From an uncultured Clostridia bacterium (GTDB lineage: Bacteria > Bacillota > Clostridia > TANB77 > CAG-508): a stretch of DNA of 32,000 bases. Each line of letters begins with the position of its first letter. Position 1 is the stretch's first letter. The notes under the pieces are model-generated. The model had not been told where the DNA came from. It made no database searches and saw nothing but the letters and a program-made list of their open reading frames with translations. Both the position numbers and the translations under genes were made by a program. Where the stretch lies: NCBI GenBank assembly GCA_963558245.1, contig CAUWGA010000002.1, positions 35,838 through 67,837 of the forward strand, in the 5' to 3' direction. Shown here one piece after another: positions 1 to 9,094 of this stretch.

Positions 1-788
1 TCACCAGCAATTAAGAAATATACATTATCATTCTTTGAAAACGTACTCGCAATTTTCTTTAAATTATCATACCCCTTAACTGTATTATGTCTTCCAACAT
101 AAGATATTAGAAATGCATCATTAGGAATGTTGTACTTATTCCTTATTTCATTACGTGTCAACTTGACTTTTTCTAAACATGAATCCACTCCCGTAGGCAT
201 ATATAAATACTTATGTTTATTCCTTTCCTTAATTAAATTATATTTACTCCATCCATTAATATAAGGTTCTTCTGCTTCTTCACATGGAAATATAATATAA
301 TCTGCTCTGTCAAAAGATGCTTCAGCGGCATTTTCAAAAACTTTTAAATGTTTTTCTCCATATAATTTCCTTTCAAAATTAGAATACATATCTTCAATCA
401 TTTCTCGATGTGGTGGTTTAGGACAATGAGATGTCAATAAAACCTTCCCCTTATATTCTTTTAATAATTTTAAATTTTTATATAAGCTAAAGCATGAATG
501 AAAGTGAATTGCATCAAAACTATTTAAATACTCTGTAGTAATTCCACTTGTTGGAACTGATATTTTTTTAAATTCATTATATCTGCCCCATATTCTATAT
601 ATTGATTTTACACATAATGGTAATTTATCATATTTGCTTTTTAACTTTGTTTTATTTGAAGCAGGAGGCAATAAAGAAATTTCAACTGAATCATCTTTAA
701 TTCCTTTTAATAAATTATAAACATATCCAGATGGTCCTCCTTTTGGCATAATACTATCTTCTCTTAAAAAAATTAAAACTTTTCTCAT
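1..788 (-). CDS. Glycosyltransferase, GT-B/GT4-like (N-terminal ~262 codons; gene continues past the left edge of the window)
   Basis: I translated the minus strand from ATG 788..786 and checked every codon down to position 1. There is no stop (MRKVLIFLREDSIMPKGGPSGYVYNLLKGIKDD...FLISYVGRHNTVKGYDNLKKIASTF...YFLIAG). The layout is a Rossmann-like N-terminal half followed by the 'GR..xxKG' start of the donor-binding half. ATGA start/stop overlap with the upstream gene (stop 785..787). It is missing from the ORF track because it is truncated. Confidence 0.6.
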   Translation of the reverse strand, partial: MRKVLIFLREDSIMPKGGPSGYVYNLLKGIKDDSVEISLLPPASNKTKLKSKYDKLPLCVKSIYRIWGRYNEFKKISVPTSGITTEYLNSFDAIHFHSCFSLYKNLKLLKEYKGKVLLTSHCPKPPHREMIEDMYSNFERKLYGEKHLKVFENAAEASFDRADYIIFPCEEAEEPYINGWSKYNLIKERNKHKYLYMPTGVDSCLEKVKLTRNEIRNKYNIPNDAFLISYVGRHNTVKGYDNLKKIASTFSKNDNVYFLIAG

Positions 789-2230
789 TTTTCTCCACCT
801 CTTTTTGATGCAATATACACAAGATATATTGGCATACAGTAATTTAATATTTGTGCAAAAGTAAGTGCTAAATCATATAAAAATAATCCCATAAATGAAA
901 AAACAAATAACATTGCATAATTATAAAATTCATATGTACTCGTACTAATTATCATTTTGTTAAAGAATCTTTTTATAAAATAAATCAAAGTTATAGGAAA
1001 TATCACTGCTCCTACAATATTAAAATAATAGTATCCTTGGCTAATCATAGGTATAATTTGTGAATTATAAACTGCATCATAACCCAAAGCTCTATTAAAC
1101 TCTATGTATGACATTGGAAAATCAACGAAAAAATGATTAACCATAGGAATTGATCGAAATATATCTCCTAAAAAGGTATTTATTTTATTGTTACCTTCCA
1201 TTAAAAATCCACCAGCCACATTAATAGTTCCACTAAAATATGCATTTAGTTTATATGCAACTGTTCCACTCGAGTTCGCTCCTAACATAGGTATAATAAT
1301 AAAGCCAACAAAAATAAAACAAAATAGCGATACCCCTAAAATAGAAAGAATAAATTTGATTCTTTTGGGATATAATTTCAACATGAGCAATATTATGCTA
1401 ATAGCCGAAAATATAGTTACTGCTTTATCTTCTGTAGTTATCAAACACGAACAGCCAACGATTACCGCACTCACTATAATATAAAAATATTCGTTTTTTC
1501 CTTTAGATAAATTCCATATAAAAATAATTAAATAATAAACTATTAATAATTTTGTAATCTGTAAAATCCATAATCCAAGTACATAAACTAAATCTGGCAT
1601 ACCTGCTCTAACCGTTTTACTTGCTTCTAAAAAGCTATAATATGTATCACTATCATTGTTATAGAATATCAATCTAAATTTTAATAGAAATTGTGGATAT
1701 TTTACTAATAAACAAGCAGATACAAGTATTAGTAAAAGTACTAATCTTCTAGCTATCTTAGAGCTTATAAAGTTTTTCGACAAATTAGAAATAGTATCTA
1801 CTTTTACTTTATCTTTTGATAATATCAAATATAAAGTAATACATATTAAAACAAAAGATTGCAAAAGCACAGCATCAGTTATATGCTGATTAATGTCTGT
1901 GTTATATTCAGATAAATCTATCATTCCTGAGCAAAATGTATATAATGGAAAAATCAAATATTGAACCGAATAAAAAGCCATTATCATAAATTGAATGAAA
2001 TCTATTGGTCCTTTTTTTCTTGAAATTTCTAATATAATTAAACATATAACATATACAAAAGGCAATATGATAATTGCACGGCTATGTGAAGGTAAAGAAT
2101 CACAATTTATTAAACATATAAATAAAATTATAATAGAAATAACTATCAATAAAATATTCATTATGTTAGGTATCTTAATTTTAAAATAATTTTCTTTGTT
2201 TTTCATTAACAATTCTTTCCTTTCTTTCAT
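785..2230 (-). CDS. Polytopic membrane protein, putative Wzy-type repeat-unit polymerase (assignment by context)
   Basis: 481 aa, almost entirely hydrophobic segments (roughly 10-12 by eye) with no soluble domain. It sits between two glycosyltransferase genes with 1-nt and ATGA junctions. No diagnostic motif recognised, so it could also be another polysaccharide membrane protein. Confidence 0.5.
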   Translation of the reverse strand: MKERKELLMKNKENYFKIKIPNIMNILLIVISIIILFICLINCDSLPSHSRAIIILPFVYVICLIILEISRKKGPIDFIQFMIMAFYSVQYLIFPLYTFCSGMIDLSEYNTDINQHITDAVLLQSFVLICITLYLILSKDKVKVDTISNLSKNFISSKIARRLVLLLILVSACLLVKYPQFLLKFRLIFYNNDSDTYYSFLEASKTVRAGMPDLVYVLGLWILQITKLLIVYYLIIFIWNLSKGKNEYFYIIVSAVIVGCSCLITTEDKAVTIFSAISIILLMLKLYPKRIKFILSILGVSLFCFIFVGFIIIPMLGANSSGTVAYKLNAYFSGTINVAGGFLMEGNNKINTFLGDIFRSIPMVNHFFVDFPMSYIEFNRALGYDAVYNSQIIPMISQGYYYFNIVGAVIFPITLIYFIKRFFNKMIISTSTYEFYNYAMLFVFSFMGLFLYDLALTFAQILNYCMPIYLVYIASKRGGEK

Positions 2231-2231
2231 C

Positions 2232-3293
2232 TTATGTGCAAAAATGTTTATATTCCTTGATAGTGTTCTGAGAAATAATATCCCATTGAAAATTATCTTT
2301 TACCAATTTTCTAGAATTATCTGATAAAGTCTTGTAATCGATAATATTATCTAAAATAAATTGTAATGTATTGGCAATAGAATTAACATCACAGCTACAT
2401 TTCCATCCAGCATTATACTCCTCAATTAGTTCTCCAAGAGTAGTTCCATCGGTAACTAAACATGGTATTCCATAACTTAGTGCTTCTAAAATCCCCATGG
2501 GCATTCCCTCAAATCTAGATGTTTGAATAAATATATCCGATCCTAATAATTCTTGTGTTTTCTTCTCACCTATTATTTCATGTTCCAAAAACACCAAGTC
2601 ACTAATATTATATTGTTTAATCAAGTTTCGAATACATTCCATTCTTCCCTTTGCATCAGGCCCAAATATTTTAAACACAACATTAGCTTTTCTTAATCTT
2701 TTTTGCAAGAGATTAATTGCACCTAGCATTAAATCAATCCCTTTTTGATAAATTTCCAGTCTACCAATATATACAAAAGATATTTTATTCTTTGAAAATA
2801 CTTCTTTTTTCTCTTTGGGAATATTAATTCCATTTGTTCCTACAAACTTACAAGGAAATTTAGTTTGTTCTAGTTCATAATTAGATAAACATTGAATACT
2901 TTTTGCCCCTTTAAGATAAGAATTAAAAAGCAACTTATTAGCAATAAATTTTTTTATTCTTTTCTTTTTTAATGCCTCAGTTGTAAGCTCTCCGTGTGGA
3001 ATAATAATATAATTAATATTTAATTTTCTAATTTTTTTTGCTATTTTCAAAAATTCCTTTATGTACGCTTCATGAAACACAATCAAATCTATTTTTTTAT
3101 CAGATATAATTTGTTCTAAATTGTCGTCTTCATCTATCTGATATTCTTTTAAAAGATCAATTTTAACTTTATTAACATTTAAAAAATATACCTTTGCAAA
3201 TTTAGATTGTGATATTATATGTTGTGGTACTACTACATTTACACCATTAAGTGAATGTTCTCTGATTTTTGCTATATGTAAAATATTTATCAT
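2232..3293 (-). CDS. Glycosyltransferase family 4 (GT-B fold)
   Basis: 353 aa. The C-terminal half carries the GT4 signature 'SRFEGMPMGILEALSYGIPCLVTD' (E-x7-E) preceded by 'FVYIGRLEIYQKGIDLM'. Confidence 0.8.
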   Translation of the reverse strand: MINILHIAKIREHSLNGVNVVVPQHIISQSKFAKVYFLNVNKVKIDLLKEYQIDEDDNLEQIISDKKIDLIVFHEAYIKEFLKIAKKIRKLNINYIIIPHGELTTEALKKKRIKKFIANKLLFNSYLKGAKSIQCLSNYELEQTKFPCKFVGTNGINIPKEKKEVFSKNKISFVYIGRLEIYQKGIDLMLGAINLLQKRLRKANVVFKIFGPDAKGRMECIRNLIKQYNISDLVFLEHEIIGEKKTQELLGSDIFIQTSRFEGMPMGILEALSYGIPCLVTDGTTLGELIEEYNAGWKCSCDVNSIANTLQFILDNIIDYKTLSDNSRKLVKDNFQWDIISQNTIKEYKHFCT

Positions 3294-3302
3294 TTCTTCT
3301 CC

Positions 3303-3701
3303 TTATAATTTCTTTTTTATTTCAGATGAGCAAATTCCTCGTGTTCTTTTCAATCTAACTATTTCTTTGCCATTTAATTCACACCATTTTTCAACTATTT
3401 GAAACCTTTCTCCGACATGATCTTCTCCCAATGCTAGTACATCAAAGTCAATCGTAGCTAAAGTATCTGGAGATACCGTATTATAGACAATTACTTTATC
3501 TACAATTTTAATAGCTTCAATCATTTCTTTTCTTTCATCAGTAGTATACATGACATTCGCATCAGGTTTATATTTCAAAATATAATCACCATCTTGAATA
3601 GCCACTATTAAATAATCTGCATGTTCTTTACATTGTTTAAATAATCTCAAATGACCTAAATGGAAAAAGTCAAATACTCCAAAAGTCAATATTTTATTCA
3701 T
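3303..3701 (-). CDS. tagD: Small cytidylyltransferase, TagD-like (glycerol-3-phosphate cytidylyltransferase family)
   Basis: 132 aa, the same size as TagD. N-terminal 'FGVFDFFHLGHLRLF' (HxGH nucleotidyltransferase motif) and C-terminal 'RTRGICSSEIKKK' (compare RTxGISTT in TagD). The substrate (glycerol-3-P versus another alditol/sugar phosphate) is not provable from sequence. Confidence 0.7.
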   Translation of the reverse strand: MNKILTFGVFDFFHLGHLRLFKQCKEHADYLIVAIQDGDYILKYKPDANVMYTTDERKEMIEAIKIVDKVIVYNTVSPDTLATIDFDVLALGEDHVGERFQIVEKWCELNGKEIVRLKRTRGICSSEIKKKL

Positions 3702-3714
3702 GATTAGTACCTCC

Positions 3715-4371
3715 CTATCTATTACTTTTCAAATACCATTCTATGGTTTTATCATAATCATCTGCTGTGTCTATATCTCTAGCATTTACATTAATATATG
3801 GTAAAGGCAAATATTTCTTTATATTTTGAAAAACATACTCTCCTTTTCCATGCATTTTTTTGGCTTCTAATTTAACTAAACCTATCCATTCTTTATCACT
3901 TAGATAATCGGAAAAATCAACTACTGTGTCATTTTCCAATTTCACAAAAACTGGATATTGAGAATTAACTTCCGTTATTCCAATGCATTCATCTGGAAAA
4001 CTCATAAATTTATCCAAATCCTCTCCCTCTATTAGTAAATCACCATCTATTTCGACAACATATTTTCTTGAAAATGGTAAAGCTTTATTAATACTGTCAA
4101 CAATGCTTGTATTGTAAAAATCATAATTACAAACAAACATTACATCTTTTCTGTATTTTTTTACTGTTTCTATAATTAATTCAGCTTGAAAACCAACTAC
4201 AATACGTATATCGCTATAGTCTTTTAATTGTTCAAGCATTCGTATTATTAACGGGGTTCCATCTATATCTATAAGTGCTTTTGGATAGCCTATCCCTAAT
4301 CTTGTTCCCATTCCCGCGCAACATATAATAACTGTTATATCATCTTTGTTCATTTCCCACACCTTTTTCAT
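3715..4371 (-). CDS. NTP-transferase-fold nucleotidyltransferase (LicC/Gtp2-like phospho-substrate cytidylyltransferase)
   Basis: N-terminal 'VIICCAGMGTRLG' glycine-rich nucleotide-binding loop and 'KALIDIDGTPLI'. The track start (4398) overlaps the upstream gene by 31 nt. ATG at 4371 forms an ATGA junction with the HAD gene stop. ATG at 4353 (MNKDD...) follows an AAGGTG Shine-Dalgarno and is an equally good start. Confidence 0.65.
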   Translation of the reverse strand: MKKVWEMNKDDITVIICCAGMGTRLGIGYPKALIDIDGTPLIIRMLEQLKDYSDIRIVVGFQAELIIETVKKYRKDVMFVCNYDFYNTSIVDSINKALPFSRKYVVEIDGDLLIEGEDLDKFMSFPDECIGITEVNSQYPVFVKLENDTVVDFSDYLSDKEWIGLVKLEAKKMHGKGEYVFQNIKKYLPLPYINVNARDIDTADDYDKTIEWYLKSNR

Positions 4372-4976
4372 AGTAATTTTTCCAAAAACTCTGCACATAA
4401 TTTATCGTCATAAAATGCATAATCAATATTTCTTAATAGTGAAGGAGCTATATCTCGTACTCCTCCAAAACCAATTGCTATATCAGCTAATTTGGCCATT
4501 CCAGCATCATTATCTCCATCTCCTACTACAACAATTGGTTGAACAAATTGTTTGACTATAAGTTCCTTATCTATTACACTTATAACTTGGTTCACACAAT
4601 TATTTTTTACTTGTGCCTTAGAACAATATACATGATTAGTCATATTTAATGATTTCATTAGTTCTTCTATCCACACATCTAAATTTCCTGTTACTATATA
4701 ACACCTATCGGAATTATCTCTTATAAACTTAGCTATATTCTCATTTAAAGGTATATTTTTAATTATTTCTTTTACTATATCAATATCAATATCTTTCAAA
4801 ATATTAACCCTTTTTAAAAAACTTGTTTTGAATGGTATAATTCCTTGCATAGTGGCTTCTGTTAATTCTCTCATTTCACTAAGTTTATTAATTTTTTCTG
4901 AAATTGATGGCAATATTTCTTTTTTTGAAATAGTTGAATCTAAATCAAATAAAAATATATAATTAGACATTAGCAT
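4368..4976 (-). CDS. HAD-superfamily hydrolase/phosphotransferase, phosphoserine-phosphatase-like subfamily
   Basis: 202 aa. Motif I 'FLFDLDSTISKKE' (DxDST) and motif IV 'VVVGDGDNDAGMAKLAD' (GDGxNDxxM). Confidence 0.75.
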   Translation of the reverse strand: MLMSNYIFLFDLDSTISKKEILPSISEKINKLSEMRELTEATMQGIIPFKTSFLKRVNILKDIDIDIVKEIIKNIPLNENIAKFIRDNSDRCYIVTGNLDVWIEELMKSLNMTNHVYCSKAQVKNNCVNQVISVIDKELIVKQFVQPIVVVGDGDNDAGMAKLADIAIGFGGVRDIAPSLLRNIDYAFYDDKLCAEFLEKLL

Positions 4977-4982
4977 TCTCCT

Positions 4983-5864
4983 CTATATTAAATTCTTTTC
5001 ATCAGATAGATCATCATAAATTATTTTGGAATCAATTTTACATCCATCAGTGTGCTTATTTATAGGTCTTTTGTTTTCAGGAGGAAGAACCATATAGTCC
5101 TGTCCAAATTGTATTCTTAAATACTCGTCATTCTTTGCAGGTACTTTCAATTTAACATTTTCAAAATCTACGTATCTAGTAGGAAAGAAAATATCTTTCT
5201 TAAAAATAGCACGCGAAAAATTACGTGTATCAATAAAACCATGATAAAAATCTGTATCTTCACTTTCATATTTATATATGTTTTTTAATCCATGTTTTAA
5301 AATCCATGCTTTAGGAATAATTTTGCATATAGCTAGCATTATTTTCTTTTTTAATGATTCACATTTATATTTCCTAACTTGTAATCCCTTTAACACTACA
5401 CATTCAGCCCATAAATATTGCATTTTTTGTTTTAAAGTATTATTTGATGCTTTATGCAGAATAAAAATATCTATACATATTCCTTTATGTATATTCCAAT
5501 TTTCATATGTTTCTTCATATATCATTGAACCATTTAATCTAATCTTTGCCATAGTTATATGGTTTCTTCCTTTATAATTATTTTTTCCCCATTCTTGCAA
5601 ATAATATTTATTTTTTAAATTACTATTTAAAAATTCGGTTCGAAATTCATTATAATCATTTTCTGTCATATATATATCCATGTCATCATCCCAAGGAATA
5701 AATCCATGGTGTCTTTCAGCGCCAAGTGCTGAACCTGCCATTAAACAATAGTCAATGTTATGTTCATTGCAAAAGTTATCAATATCCATCATTATATTTA
5801 ATAGCTTGTTTTGAAAATCTTTTATTTTATACTTATCTTCTAAGTCTTTGCGCATATAATCCAT
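4983..5864 (-). CDS. LicD-family phosphotransferase (transfers a phospho-alcohol such as phosphocholine or phospho-alditol from a CDP donor to glycan)
   Basis: 293 aa. It has the 'LMAGSALGAERHHGFIPWDDDMDIYM' LicD nucleotidyltransferase-fold motif with DxD. Confidence 0.8.
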   Translation of the reverse strand: MDYMRKDLEDKYKIKDFQNKLLNIMMDIDNFCNEHNIDYCLMAGSALGAERHHGFIPWDDDMDIYMTENDYNEFRTEFLNSNLKNKYYLQEWGKNNYKGRNHITMAKIRLNGSMIYEETYENWNIHKGICIDIFILHKASNNTLKQKMQYLWAECVVLKGLQVRKYKCESLKKKIMLAICKIIPKAWILKHGLKNIYKYESEDTDFYHGFIDTRNFSRAIFKKDIFFPTRYVDFENVKLKVPAKNDEYLRIQFGQDYMVLPPENKRPINKHTDGCKIDSKIIYDDLSDEKNLI

Positions 5865-5916
5865 ATTATTTCCCCCACTATTTTTTGATTTCCTTAAAAC
5901 GATTCAAGTATTTTGT

Positions 5917-6381
5917 TCACATAATTTTTCTTTCAGTTAAAACAAATCCTGCTTTTTCTGCACCATGTATAGATGCTTTATTTTCAGGTCTAATTATTAA
6001 ATAGTATGTCTTATTATTGGTATTGCTAATAATATAATTTAAAACAAATGGATAAATACCTTTCCCCCTGGCTTGCTCTTTTGTATTACAAGGACCAATT
6101 ACAATCTCATCTTTATTGATAAAAGGATATTTGAAATTTTTGCAAATAGTATAAGCTGTATGAAGTATTTTTTCATCTTTATCTAACGCAAAATATATTT
6201 TTGTTTTATTTTTGGTTAAAATTGATATATACAATCTGAAAAAAGTAGTTCTTAAACTTTTACTTTCCTTTTTCCAATATAACTTAAATAATCGTGGTGT
6301 AAATTCAATTATATCTATTGTCTCAGAAATATTAACATCCTTCTGTATTTTTTTATTACGCTCATATAACAAATAATTCAT
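5917..6381 (-). CDS. GNAT-family N-acetyltransferase
   Basis: 154 aa. Acetyl-CoA motif A 'EQARGKGIYPFVLNYII' (R-x-x-G-x-G) and C-terminal 'NKASIHGAEKAGF'. Confidence 0.7.
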   Translation of the reverse strand: MNYLLYERNKKIQKDVNISETIDIIEFTPRLFKLYWKKESKSLRTTFFRLYISILTKNKTKIYFALDKDEKILHTAYTICKNFKYPFINKDEIVIGPCNTKEQARGKGIYPFVLNYIISNTNNKTYYLIIRPENKASIHGAEKAGFVLTERKIM

Positions 6382-6397
6382 TATTTATCTCCTGTTT

Positions 6398-7228
6398 TTA
6401 ATTATTTATTTTTTCTCTAGCAAACGTACGAAATACAAAACCACGTAATTTATTAGGTAACAAAATTTGTACAATAAATCTTTTTAATACATTCATACCA
6501 TATATTCTTTTATTAATCATTTTGTTATTTAACATATATTTTTGTATTTCTACTTCACTTAAGAAATATTTTTTTCCGCCTCTTCTTTGATACATATCTT
6601 TTCCTACTCTAACAGCAACTAATATATCAGATAAATTTGCAAACCTCTTTTCTTTTAAAGCCATTCTAATCCATAAAAAATAGTCTTCATTCCAAAAAAA
6701 GTCTTCATATCCACCGACATCAATAATATCTTTTTTTCTAAACATAACACTAACATGATTAAATGGACATCTTTTTTTTATATATTCTTTTAATTCTTTA
6801 TCTGAACATGGAACAACTCTCTTCCCTTCTATATTTTGGGGATTATTAATAAATTCCTCAATCTGTCCGCCAACTATTGAACACATTTCATGTTCTTTTA
6901 AATAATTTACCTGTTTTTCACATCTTGTAGGTTTTGATATGTCATCACTATCCATTCTCGCTATAAGCTCATTTCTAGCAACCTTTATGCCTTCATTAAG
7001 TGCTAAGCCTAACCCCATATTATTTTCTAAACTTACAATTGTAAATATATCGTTATATTCCTTTTTATATTTTTCTATTAATTCGTCTAATTCTTTAGTT
7101 AATTTTCCATCTTTTACAATTATTATTTCATCTGGTTTCTCTGTCTGATTCAACATACTATCTATACTTATTTTTAAATATTCTGGTCTTTCTTTATAAT
7201 AGACCGACATCAAAAAACTATATTTCAT
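6398..7228 (-). CDS. Glycosyltransferase family 2
   Basis: 276 aa. 'FLMSVYYKERPEYLKISIDSMLNQT' N-terminus, 'IIIVKDG' and 'ARMDSDDIS' (DxD) typical of GT2/GT-A enzymes. 11-nt overlap with the upstream gene. Confidence 0.85.
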   Translation of the reverse strand: MKYSFLMSVYYKERPEYLKISIDSMLNQTEKPDEIIIVKDGKLTKELDELIEKYKKEYNDIFTIVSLENNMGLGLALNEGIKVARNELIARMDSDDISKPTRCEKQVNYLKEHEMCSIVGGQIEEFINNPQNIEGKRVVPCSDKELKEYIKKRCPFNHVSVMFRKKDIIDVGGYEDFFWNEDYFLWIRMALKEKRFANLSDILVAVRVGKDMYQRRGGKKYFLSEVEIQKYMLNNKMINKRIYGMNVLKRFIVQILLPNKLRGFVFRTFAREKINN

Positions 7229-7898
7229 TACTATATCTTCCTATCATTTCTAATTTTTTTTCATACTCTTCTTTGCTAATTTTATTAGTCCTTAATAAAT
7301 AGTCGCATAGATCTTCTGCTGTCTCCATTCCCTCTGTTTCTATATCAGATCTAGCAAAGACTTTTCCAATTGTTTTTACTATAATCTTTATATCTCCTAA
7401 ACATGTTATTTTTTGCATATATTTCAAATCATAATCTATTTTTTCTTCCCAAGACAAATTATTTCTTCCATTCACTTGAGCTAATCCTGTTAATCCTTGC
7501 CTTATATTGTGTCTCTTTCTTTGCTCATCTGACATAAAAATCATATCTTTTATTAATAATGGCCTCGGTCCCACAATTGACATATCACCTTTTAATATAT
7601 TAAACAACTCAGGCAATTCATCTAAACTTGTACTTCTTAATATTTTTCCGAACTTAGTTAATCTTTGCTCATCAGGAAGCAAATTGCCATTTTCGTCTTT
7701 TTTATCTGTCATTGTTCTAAATTTATATAAAGTAAATATTTTTTCATTTTTCCCTGGACGTTGTTGTTTAAATATCGCCGGACTTCCTAATTTTATTCTT
7801 ACTAAAACATATATAACCATCATTACTGGCATTAAGATTATTAATGCCAATAGACTTAATATTAAGTCTAGAAATCTTTTTATATATTTTGCATACAT
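7218..7898 (-). CDS. Small monotopic phosphoglycosyl transferase (PglC/WcfS-like undecaprenyl-phosphate sugar-phosphate transferase, initiating enzyme)
   Basis: 226 aa. One N-terminal re-entrant hydrophobic helix (LILSLLALIILMPVMMVIYVLV), then 'GSPAIFKQQRPGKNEKIFTLYKFRTM' and 'SLDELPELFNILKGDMSIVGPRP', the bacterial sugar-transferase signatures. Confidence 0.85.
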   Translation of the reverse strand: MYAKYIKRFLDLILSLLALIILMPVMMVIYVLVRIKLGSPAIFKQQRPGKNEKIFTLYKFRTMTDKKDENGNLLPDEQRLTKFGKILRSTSLDELPELFNILKGDMSIVGPRPLLIKDMIFMSDEQRKRHNIRQGLTGLAQVNGRNNLSWEEKIDYDLKYMQKITCLGDIKIIVKTIGKVFARSDIETEGMETAEDLCDYLLRTNKISKEEYEKKLEMIGRYSNEI

Positions 7899-7931
7899 TG
7901 TATTCCCTTTTCTTTCAAACTATTTCAAATT

Positions 7932-9059
7932 TTACTTCCATAATCCTTTTATAATTTCTATTACTTTGTTTTGTTCTTCTTCTGTCATCTTTGTATCAGA
8001 AGGTAAGCACACTCCTCTTTCAAATAAATCTTTTGAAACTGCATTTTCTTCTACTTTTACAAAGTCGCAATTTGCAAATACTGGTTGCATATGCATTGGC
8101 TTCCATACTGGTCTTGATTCTATATTTTCTTTTTCTAATGCGACCATTATATCTAATGATTTTACTTTTGAATCTTCTTTTACAGTTATTGCTGTTAACC
8201 AATGATTTGGTACTGTATCTTCTGGTATTGGTTGTAGTTCTATGTCAGATATTTCTTTTAGTCCTTCTTTATATCTGTTATATATTTCTGTTTTTTGTTT
8301 TATTCTTAAGTCTAATACTTTTAGTTGTCCTCTTCCTATTCCGGCAACTATGTTGCTCATTCTATAGTTATATCCTATTTCTTTATGTTCATAATGACGT
8401 GCTTTTTCTCTTGATTGGGTTACCCAAAATCTTACTTTTGCTATTCTTTCTTCATCTTCTGAAACTAACATTCCTCCACCGCTTGTTGTGATTATTTTGT
8501 TTCCATTAAATGAATATATTCCATATTTTCCAAATGTTCCTGTTTGTTTACCTTTATATGTTGCTCCTAAGCTTTCTGCTGCATCTTCTACTAATGGTAC
8601 TCCATGTTTATCACAAATTGCTTTTATTTCATCTATTTTAGCTGGTGTTCCATATAAATATACAACTATTACAGCTTTTGGATGTGGATATTTTTCAAAT
8701 GCTTTTTCTAATGCTTTTGGGTCCATATTCCATGTTTCTTTTTCACTGTCTATAAATACAGGTGTTGCATTTTGGTATGTTATTGGATTTGCTGTTGCTG
8801 AAAATGTTAAATCTGAACAAAATACAACATCACCTTCTTTTACATCTAATGCTTTAAACGCCATATGAATAGCTGCTGTCCCTGCTGATAATGCTGCTGC
8901 ATGATTTGTTCCTACATATTTAGCTAATTCTTCTTCAAATTTGTTTACATTTTCTCCAAGTGGTGCTATCCAGTTTGTATCAAATGCTTCTTTTATATAT
9001 TTTTGTTCATATCCTTCCTCAGACATATGTGGTGATGATAAAAATATTCTCTTATCCAT
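7932..9059 (-). CDS. DegT/DnrJ/EryC1-family PLP-dependent sugar aminotransferase (PglE-like)
   Basis: 375 aa. 'HAAALSAGTAAIHMAFKAL', 'VEDAAESLGATYKGK' and 'SFNGNKIITTSGGGML' (PLP lysine). Confidence 0.88.
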   Translation of the reverse strand: MDKRIFLSSPHMSEEGYEQKYIKEAFDTNWIAPLGENVNKFEEELAKYVGTNHAAALSAGTAAIHMAFKALDVKEGDVVFCSDLTFSATANPITYQNATPVFIDSEKETWNMDPKALEKAFEKYPHPKAVIVVYLYGTPAKIDEIKAICDKHGVPLVEDAAESLGATYKGKQTGTFGKYGIYSFNGNKIITTSGGGMLVSEDEERIAKVRFWVTQSREKARHYEHKEIGYNYRMSNIVAGIGRGQLKVLDLRIKQKTEIYNRYKEGLKEISDIELQPIPEDTVPNHWLTAITVKEDSKVKSLDIMVALEKENIESRPVWKPMHMQPVFANCDFVKVEENAVSKDLFERGVCLPSDTKMTEEEQNKVIEIIKGLWK

Positions 9060-9094
9060 CCTTTTTTCCTTCTTTCTTTACTTGTCTAAATGTT

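Noticed and set aside
7507-8205. Long plus-strand ORF (232 aa). The same applies to all other plus-strand ORFs in the track, for example 16075..16620, 8488..8868, 9612..9977, 28447..28794 and 30797..31171.
   Set aside because: Every one lies antisense to a well-supported minus-strand gene. They encode F/L/S/I-rich low-complexity strings with no motifs and no Shine-Dalgarno. These are stop-poor shadow frames of the kind expected in AT-rich DNA with purine-rich coding strands.
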